In this document: piece by piece, positions 6,893 to 13,121 of the stretch
How the letters are laid out: every line of letters starts with the position of its first letter
How positions within the stretch are numbered: the stretch's first letter is position 1
Source: Promethearchaeota archaeon
GTDB lineage: Archaea; Asgardarchaeota; Lokiarchaeia; Sigyniarchaeales; SOKP01
Direction: 5' to 3'
Assembly (NCBI GenBank): GCA_004524535.1
Contig: SDNY01000102.1
Span: 1 to 13,121 of the forward strand
Length of the DNA: 13,121 nucleotides
Notes under the pieces: generated by a model
What the model saw: the letters and a program-made list of their open reading frames with translations, nothing else
The model's database searches: none
What the model was told of the DNA's origin: nothing
Program-made: the position numbers and the translations under genes

Positions 6893-9800
6893 TTATTCTC
6901 TCTTTAATTTAGAGATATCGATAATACCTTTCTTGATTAACACTATTATAACAGCAACTAAGCCGCCTATAGTTGCTAACACAATTATAACAACCACTAC
7001 GATGATAGCATTAGTTTCTTCAACTTCTTCGTCATCGTCATCGTCATCACCTGCAGGAGGTGCAGGACCACCAGGAGCTCCATCTTTAACTATTTTAATA
7101 ACAACATTTTCAGTTTGGTTTATGTTACCATTATTATCAATTGCCCAAATAGTAATACTATAATCTCCTGAAGTGTATAATGAGATGTTATTCCAAGAGC
7201 AGTTCCAATAGAACCCCGATAGTGTCATGGAAATGTTAAACGGCGTTGAGGCATTTATCATTGCTACTGCTTGCGTTACATCCGTTATTGAGGCATTGAT
7301 CAATAAAGAAGCAGGACCATATGTGCCGGCAGCAGGATTGATTATTAACACACTTGGTCCATCAGTATCAATCGTGATAATGACAAATTCAGTTGCATTA
7401 ACATTACCTCTATTATCAATTGCCCAAATAGTAATACTATAATCGCCTGAAGGGAATAATGAGATGTTACTCCAGTAGCAGATCCAATAGGATCCCGATA
7501 GTGTCATGGAAATATTAAACGGCATTGAGGCATTTATCATTGCTACTGCTTGCGTTACATCCGTTATTGAGGCATTGATCAATAAGGAAGCAGGACCGTA
7601 AGTGTCAGCTAAAGGTTCGATTATGGTCACACTTGGTCCATCAGTATCAATCGTGATAATGATAAATTCAGGTGCATTTACGTTACCATTGTTATCAATT
7701 GCCCAAATGGTAATATTATAATCTCCTGAAATGTATAGTGAGATGTTATTCCAATAGCAGTTCCAATAGGATCCCGATAGTGTCATGGAAATATTAAATG
7801 GCGTTGAGGCATTTATCATTGCCAGTGCCTGTGTAACTGTGCCATATGTATCTGTTATTGAAGCATTGATCAATAAAGAAGCAGGCCCATATGTGCCAGC
7901 CGAAGGCTCGATAATTAATACGATTGGTGGAGTTTCATCCCCATCCCAACAAATTGGATAAAGATCTTGCCGATTTCCTTCTCCTGGTAAATCATGTGGT
8001 GTATTTCCAATTCCATCATCATCAGGATCACTTCCCGTATAATTATCCCAGTAATTTCCAATTTCAGTAATAGGATCATACCAGTAATTTACCGCATTGA
8101 CATCATCACGAGCATGTAATGTGTTATTTATAAATTGGTTCTCATAGAAATAATTATTCTCACAAGTATCTCCACCCGTATCATCCAAAAATGCGCCAAT
8201 TACGGAATTGTTTTTAATAATATTCCCTTTAAATGTATTCAAATCGCAATCAGCGTTTATGTAAATACCGTACTGAGTATTATTGGTTATAAGATTATTC
8301 GTTATTGTAGAATTTTTACACGCGTTAAATAAAGTTATACCGTTTTCATTATTCGAATCTATAGTATTTTCGATAATTGTTGTATTATAACAATTGTCCT
8401 CTATTCTAATTCCGTTAGTATTGCCGATTATCGTGTTATTATAAATTATGGTAAAGTTGCTTTTAGTTAAAATATATATTCCAAATCCTCCGTTATTATA
8501 TATAGTATTATTTATAATATCGTTGTCAGAACATTCCGTATTTAAATATATCCCTTCCAAAACATGTCCAATTATTGTATTATTAATGATATCATTATTT
8601 TCAGGACCTCCAATGCCAGAGCCAGCTTCATCTAAATATATTCCATATTCTTGCGAATATCCATTTATAGTATTTTTTATTGTATTCCCTATTATGCTAT
8701 TTCCAGTACATTTTCCCTCATCAGATCCCAACACATGAGTAAAGATCCAGATCCCATAATCATCATTATCATATATTGTATTATTAAGAATCGTGTTTCC
8801 ATTAGCTCCATCTTCGATAAGGATACCAGAGTCTAAGTTATTATAGATCATATTATGTTTAACAGTATTACTGTCTGGACCCCAAATATATATTCCATGG
8901 TTTAAATTCTCATAAATTTTATTGTCGATAATTTCAGTGCCGGAAACATAGCTATAAAGATAGGCTCTCATTCGTATCCCATTATGATCATTACCATATA
9001 TTGTGTTGTTTGCTATTATAGTGTTATAGCAATTATAATAGATTAGAATTCCATCCCATTGATTTTTTCCTACTCCATTCTCATCATACACCGTATTATT
9101 TATAATCTCATTATTATCTGAAAAATCCCATATAAAAATTCCACTTTCATAATTATCTCGGATGATATTGTTGAAAATAAAATTTAAGCAGCTTGATTTT
9201 ATACACACCCCTGCGTCATTCACACTATTTCCATTATCAAATACTGTGTTGTTAATAATATCATTTTCACTTGACATAAACAGACAAATTCCACCAGATG
9301 CGTCGATAGGGACGCTCGGGAAATGTCCATTACTCATTATAGTGTTATTTACAATATTATTTAGAGTTGAAAAAAACTCCAAATAAACTCCGAACTCATC
9401 ATGATTTATAATTGTATTATTAATTATGTCGCAATTATTACTTAAACTTAAATATATTCCATAATCTCCATTATCAATTATTATATTGTTTATTATATCA
9501 TTAAGATCACTGCTACTTATCGAGATTCCATAACTATCGTGCCCTTTTATAGTATTATTTTTTATAACACAATTTTCAGAACCAGAGTCTAATCTTATCC
9601 CTACATCCTGTGAATATCCGCTAAATGTGTGATTTATGATGTTATTGCTAAAGATCTTAGTGTCATCACAATTACTATCTAAATTAATTCCATAGCGCTC
9701 GTTATCAAGAATAATGTTTTTAAAGATAAAAGTGCCAGAACTCTCCGTAATATATATTCCATCATAATATTCAGTATTTTTTATCGTATTGTTCATAATA

Positions 9801-11410
9801 TTATTGTTGTTAGAAGTGCTTTGAATATAGATTCCATAATTTCTATGATTAATTATTGTATTATTTTCAAATGTATTACCGACGCTTGATCCCGATATAA
9901 CAACTCCATAATCGGTTTTTGAATTTGCTCCATCTAAAATGTTATCAAAAAAATCATTATTATTGCTTAATTGCATCAAAAAAATTCCACGCCATTCATT
10001 GCCTCGAATAGTATTATTTTCAATGGTGTTGTCATTAGCTTGATTAAGGGTAATTCCAGAAGCTCCATTGTCAATTAGTGTATTATTTATAACATCAACT
10101 AAAGCTATACTCCCCAAATATATCCCATAATTTCCATTATTCGATATAGTATTATTTATAATATCACAATCATCATTATAAAACGCAAGAATACCATTTC
10201 TGCCATTAAATTCAACTTTATTATCTATAATCGTACTGAAGTCACAACCTTGTACAAGCAAACCATCATTTGAACCTCCTAATTTGCCATTATTGAAAAT
10301 CTTGTTATTTTTAATTATATAATTATAAGTGTTATACTCATTCATCCTGTTTAATCCCACAAATATTCCTTCATCAGCATTATTGTATACAATGTTATCT
10401 GTGATATTGATATCATTAGTGTCATCTCCAACAGCTATACCAATGTCATATTGGGTACCATCTCCACAACCGCTAATTTCGTTCCCAGAAATGGTAACAA
10501 AATCGCTATCCCTAAGAACATAGATTCCAATATTTATAGCAACTCCTCCATCCACTCCATCTATAGTATTGTTTATTATTTTATTATAACTATTGGAAAG
10601 GAAGAGCCCATCTACTAATATTCCCGCATGAGTACTATCTGCTATTGTATTATTAAAAATCAAGTTATTATCAGAATCATCTTCGACAATTAATCCATAA
10701 CTATTAGTATTTTTTATTTTATTATCAGTAATATTATTATTATCACAATTATCTTCTATATACATACCATTTGAGCCACTATATATTTCATTTTCTGTCA
10801 CATTATTATCATGGCAGTTTGTCTTCATATAAACCCCCCGATAGCAATTTGTAAAAGTATTATTCCAAATTGTATTATTATTGCAGTTAGAACTCAAAAG
10901 AATTCCACTTCCTTGATTATTCGAGCAATTATTATCAAAAATAATCCCGTTATTTGTATTGTAGAGTTTAATTCCTCCATAATCTGAACCGCTTGAGGAA
11001 TTAAAAACAGTACAGTTCCTAATGATAAATGGTCTAATTGAGTTTTTTATCTCCATTCCATTACTAAGTTGCATTGCGTCTATTGAAACATTTTCAATGA
11101 TATAGAAATAGCCGTCAAAATAACACCAATCATTGTCTTTGGCAGTTTTAGTCCAATTATAATTCCCATCTGCATCATCTATGATAATAGGAGAAAAAAG
11201 CTCATATTGAGCGGAAATCTTTGGAGGTCTTGAATCGATCTCATTTATATCCTGTCTATCATCGTTTCTATCAATTTTTATTCTATAATCATCATTGTCA
11301 GACTCATTATTAATAAAATCATCTTTCTCCGTCGAATTTGTAGCAATCAATGCAAACAGAGCAAAGAGAACAACTATACCAAATAAAATATAAAATTTTC
11401 TGTTTTTCAT
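6893..11410 (-). CDS. Large membrane-anchored surface glycoprotein: right-handed parallel beta-helix (NosD/PbH1-type repeats), three Ig-like repeats, Pro/Gly and acidic linker, C-terminal TM helix
   Basis: Signal peptide MKNRKFYILFGIVVLFALFALIA. About 1000 aa of GI-x-L...N-x-I-x-NN-x-I coils. NosD-type cap GNYWDNYTGSDPDDDGIGNTP. Three 93-97 aa repeats each containing ITIWAIDNxGN. Then GAPGGPAPPAGDDDDDDEEVEE, a hydrophobic helix and a basic tail. AGGGGA lies upstream of the ATG. Confidence 0.92.
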   Translation of the reverse strand: MKNRKFYILFGIVVLFALFALIATNSTEKDDFINNESDNDDYRIKIDRNDDRQDINEIDSRPPKISAQYELFSPIIIDDADGNYNWTKTAKDNDWCYFDGYFYIIENVSIDAMQLSNGMEIKNSIRPFIIRNCTVFNSSSGSDYGGIKLYNTNNGIIFDNNCSNNQGSGILLSSNCNNNTIWNNTFTNCYRGVYMKTNCHDNNVTENEIYSGSNGMYIEDNCDNNNITDNKIKNTNSYGLIVEDDSDNNLIFNNTIADSTHAGILVDGLFLSNSYNKIINNTIDGVDGGVAINIGIYVLRDSDFVTISGNEISGCGDGTQYDIGIAVGDDTNDINITDNIVYNNADEGIFVGLNRMNEYNTYNYIIKNNKIFNNGKLGGSNDGLLVQGCDFSTIIDNKVEFNGRNGILAFYNDDCDIINNTISNNGNYGIYLGSIALVDVINNTLIDNGASGITLNQANDNTIENNTIRGNEWRGIFLMQLSNNNDFFDNILDGANSKTDYGVVISGSSVGNTFENNTIINHRNYGIYIQSTSNNNNIMNNTIKNTEYYDGIYITESSGTFIFKNIILDNERYGINLDSNCDDTKIFSNNIINHTFSGYSQDVGIRLDSGSENCVIKNNTIKGHDSYGISISSSDLNDIINNIIIDNGDYGIYLSLSNNCDIINNTIINHDEFGVYLEFFSTLNNIVNNTIMSNGHFPSVPIDASGGICLFMSSENDIINNTVFDNGNSVNDAGVCIKSSCLNFIFNNIIRDNYESGIFIWDFSDNNEIINNTVYDENGVGKNQWDGILIYYNCYNTIIANNTIYGNDHNGIRMRAYLYSYVSGTEIIDNKIYENLNHGIYIWGPDSNTVKHNMIYNNLDSGILIEDGANGNTILNNTIYDNDDYGIWIFTHVLGSDEGKCTGNSIIGNTIKNTINGYSQEYGIYLDEAGSGIGGPENNDIINNTIIGHVLEGIYLNTECSDNDIINNTIYNNGGFGIYILTKSNFTIIYNNTIIGNTNGIRIEDNCYNTTIIENTIDSNNENGITLFNACKNSTITNNLITNNTQYGIYINADCDLNTFKGNIIKNNSVIGAFLDDTGGDTCENNYFYENQFINNTLHARDDVNAVNYWYDPITEIGNYWDNYTGSDPDDDGIGNTPHDLPGEGNRQDLYPICWDGDETPPIVLIIEPSAGTYGPASLLINASITDTYGTVTQALAMINASTPFNISMTLSGSYWNCYWNNISLYISGDYNITIWAIDNNGNVNAPEFIIITIDTDGPSVTIIEPLADTYGPASLLINASITDVTQAVAMINASMPFNISMTLSGSYWICYWSNISLFPSGDYSITIWAIDNRGNVNATEFVIITIDTDGPSVLIINPAAGTYGPASLLINASITDVTQAVAMINASTPFNISMTLSGFYWNCSWNNISLYTSGDYSITIWAIDNNGNINQTENVVIKIVKDGAPGGPAPPAGDDDDDDEEVEETNAIIVVVVIIVLATIGGLVAVIIVLIKKGIIDISKLKRE
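7031..7048. repeat. (GATGAC)3 microrepeat encoding poly-Asp
   Basis: gtcatc x3 on the plus strand encodes DDDDDD on the minus strand. Confidence 0.8.
7091..7939 (-). repeat. Three tandem intragenic repeats (291, 279 and 279 bp) encoding Ig-like domains
   Basis: Units are 7649-7939, 7370-7648 and 7091-7369. Identical blocks: 61 bp at 7246-7306 and 7525-7585, and 35 bp at 7349-7383 and 7628-7662. Confidence 0.95.
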
Positions 11411-11470
11411 ATACTTTCCCCTAGTATTTTATATATTTGTCAAAAATTTATATTAAGAATTAATTAGACA

Positions 11471-11491
11471 TTTTTATATATAAGTGTTTTG
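11471..11491 (-). promoter_or_regulatory. Putative BRE plus TATA promoter of the surface-protein gene
   Basis: The minus strand reads CAAAACAC-TTATATATAAAAA about 60 nt upstream of ATG 11410. The core TTATATATAA is palindromic. Confidence 0.55.
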
Positions 11492-11623
11492 TATGGGAAA
11501 AATAATTTAAATATCATAACAAAATATAGTAAATTCTAAATCAAACCTATGATATAGGATCAATCACATTTTCAAAATCAGAAAAATAACTAATATCGCT
11601 GTCCCACTCTTTTTGTATCCATT

Positions 11624-11707
11624 CTAAAGGATATAACTTAAAAAACTTTTCAGACACCTAAAACTCCACCATCGTTGGGCTTTATCCATTCTCATTGAAA
11701 GCCATAC
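11624..11707 (-). pseudogene. Orphan 5' fragment of the LeuA-like gene (copy B of the 46-bp repeat), forming the 23-aa mini-ORF MRMDKAQRWWSFRCLKSFLSYIL
   Basis: The minus strand reads VWLS-MRMDKAQRWWSF, against AWAS-MRMDKDQRWWSF in the intact gene. ATG at 11695, TAG at 11626-11624. Confidence 0.75.
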
Positions 11708-11718
11708 TTTTTTTTTTT
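11678..11718 (+). terminator. Terminator-like hairpin plus T11 on the plus strand with no plus-strand CDS upstream
   Basis: GGCTTT (11678-83), 14 nt, AAAGCC (11698-703), ATAC, then T11 (11708-18). Confidence 0.35.
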
Positions 11719-11768
11719 ATTAAATTAAAAAATTGAAGATTTAAAAGATTATATTCGAATCTGAGTTA

Positions 11769-12977
11769 CTATATTTTTATCAAGTCATACTCGATATTAC
11801 CAAGTTTACTCTTAACGGCAGCATCAAAAAAAGAAGATGTATTGACTAAATTATTCATTGCATTAAATTTCTCAATTCCAGGAGCAACAGGTTGAGTCCA
11901 TTGTCCTTTTTGATTTAAGATTGGGAGTCCAGGGGCATTAATCTCTGCATCGACACAAGCTTTATCTATAGCAACGGGATCAGATGAAGCAAATATACCA
12001 AGATCAGGGATAATAGACATATTAGGGCTAGAAACGCAATCGCATTGGGAAGTTACATCTATAGCAAAGTTAATATAACGTATATTTTTACGATCGTAAG
12101 AAGATAATACACCAACAGCATTATCAACAACTTTTTCCGTAAAATTTTTAAAATCCAAATTAAAGGATTGATTTATTGCTTTTTTCACGGGACAACTTTC
12201 AGAACAACCCAAACAGCCAACACAAATGGACGGATCAATAATTGCAGATTCACCTTCTATTTTAATAGCATTTACAGGACAAACTTTTATACATTCTTGA
12301 TCACATTTAGAAATATTACACTTTTTAGAATTTATACTCAAATTTTCATTAAAGTGAGCCCGAAACTTACCTAGCTTAGCTAAACAGCCAATTCCAAGTT
12401 GCTTCATCGCCCCCCCAAAACATGTTAATCCATGTCCTTTGAAATGTGAAACTATAATAATTTTATCAAATTCAAAAAGTCCTGCTGCAATAGCAATTTT
12501 ATTAAGATGAACTCCCTCTATTTCAAAGATTTTTGCATCAAATCCTTTTTCACCATCTATAAACTTCAATGGTGCTCCAATTATAGATTCAGTATATCCA
12601 TGAAGCCGGGCTGTATTATAGTGTTTAGTTGCCGTCTTTCTACTTCCAAAAGAGATCGTAAAATTTTCAGAGATAGTTCTATGACGAGCTTCCATTCCTA
12701 ATCCTTGGGTCTCTATAAGAGTTGGAATGCCCCCTTTTGATTTAACTGCATTGACAACTTCAAATACATAATCATGGCGTAAATAATGTGTATTATATGC
12801 TTCACCAACATGAACTTTTATTCCAACTTTATCTCCAGAATTAATATTATCTAATATTTTATCTAATAACAAGCGAGTTTTTACTAAATTATTTGTCTTC
12901 ATAATTGCTGTGGAGGGACTTAGGGCGGAAATAAGCTCATTTGGTGGAGCCCAATAAACAATCGATTTTTCTGACAT
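11769..12977 (-). CDS. DUF362 family Fe-S protein (COG2768-like) with an inserted 2x[4Fe-4S] ferredoxin domain
   Basis: GDKVGIKVHVGE, SHFKGHGLTCFGGAMKQLGIGC, CDC and PDLGIFASSDPVAIDKACVD. The ferredoxin insert has CNISKCDQECIKVCP and CVGCLGCSESCP. Confidence 0.9.
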   Translation of the reverse strand: MSEKSIVYWAPPNELISALSPSTAIMKTNNLVKTRLLLDKILDNINSGDKVGIKVHVGEAYNTHYLRHDYVFEVVNAVKSKGGIPTLIETQGLGMEARHRTISENFTISFGSRKTATKHYNTARLHGYTESIIGAPLKFIDGEKGFDAKIFEIEGVHLNKIAIAAGLFEFDKIIIVSHFKGHGLTCFGGAMKQLGIGCLAKLGKFRAHFNENLSINSKKCNISKCDQECIKVCPVNAIKIEGESAIIDPSICVGCLGCSESCPVKKAINQSFNLDFKNFTEKVVDNAVGVLSSYDRKNIRYINFAIDVTSQCDCVSSPNMSIIPDLGIFASSDPVAIDKACVDAEINAPGLPILNQKGQWTQPVAPGIEKFNAMNNLVNTSSFFDAAVKSKLGNIEYDLIKI

Positions 12978-13017
12978 ATTTTTTAAAAACCTTTTAGATT
13001 TTTATTTTTTTGTTTAA

Positions 13018-13066
13018 AAATCTATAAGTTAATTTTTTCTCAATAAAAGGGTTAAATTATAGATTT
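13018..13066. repeat. Inverted repeat upstream of DUF362 (15-bp arms, 1 mismatch, 19-bp spacer)
   Basis: AAATCTATAAGTTAA (13018-32) pairs with TTAAATTATAGATTT (13052-66); the outer 10 bp are perfect. Confidence 0.75.
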
Positions 13067-13121
13067 AAGAGTTTAACAGCATTTTCTCCCAAGATCCTCT
13101 TTTTAAAGCTCTCGGAAATCG

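Noticed and set aside
7091-7939. Diversity-generating retroelement template and variable repeats, since several unit-2 differences fall on coding-strand adenines
   Set aside because: Many differences are at non-A positions, all units are in-frame domains of one gene, and no reverse transcriptase is in the window.
6893-11410. nosD (nitrous oxide reductase maturation)
   Set aside because: Only the beta-helix fold and cap motif are shared. The size, Ig-like stalk, TM anchor and absence of nos genes point to a surface protein.
6682-11705. Calling the bracketed segment an autonomous mobile element
   Set aside because: No integrase, transposase or terminal inverted repeats are present. It is reported only as a repeat-flanked candidate insertion.
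1693-12701. Thirteen short ORFs in the track (1693, 2884, 3524, 4644, 6933, 7227, 8135, 8448, 8651, 9162, 10329, 12168, 12507)
   Set aside because: All overlap longer, motif-supported CDSs, on the opposite strand or in another frame, and show no recognisable motifs. They are shadow ORFs.
13018-13121. SECIS element, or the 3' end of an upstream minus-strand gene (...ISESFKRGSWEKMLLNS*)
   Set aside because: The hairpin lacks a recognisable SECIS core and no CDS here needs TGA readthrough. The edge fragment is too short to call.

Overview
AT-rich, gene-dense window that looks archaeal: GGTGA/GAGGTG Shine-Dalgarno sites, BRE/TATA-like boxes and oligo-T terminators. The style of its two large secreted glycoproteins suggests an Asgard (Lokiarchaeia-like) genome, which is an inference. 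From left to right it holds: (1) the 5' 400 codons of a secreted protein on the minus strand, not in the ORF track; (2) a plus-strand operon of an MFS transporter, a 2x[4Fe-4S] protein and a His/Cys-rich partner that probably starts at ATA; (3) converging on it, a minus-strand FAD-dependent oxidoreductase and a LeuA/homocitrate-synthase-like enzyme with altered active-site motifs; (4) a 1505-aa membrane-anchored beta-helix surface protein with three near-identical Ig-like repeats; (5) a DUF362 Fe-S protein. The main unexplained signal is a 46-bp direct repeat (6682-6727 and 11660-11705, 40/46 identical). It copies the 5' coding end of the LeuA-like gene and brackets the surface-protein gene. 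This suggests the surface gene was inserted into a DUF362-LeuA-FAD oxidoreductase operon. The orphan copy may now act as an antisense RNA or a leader peptide. No rRNA, tRNA, CRISPR array, transposase or integrase was seen.
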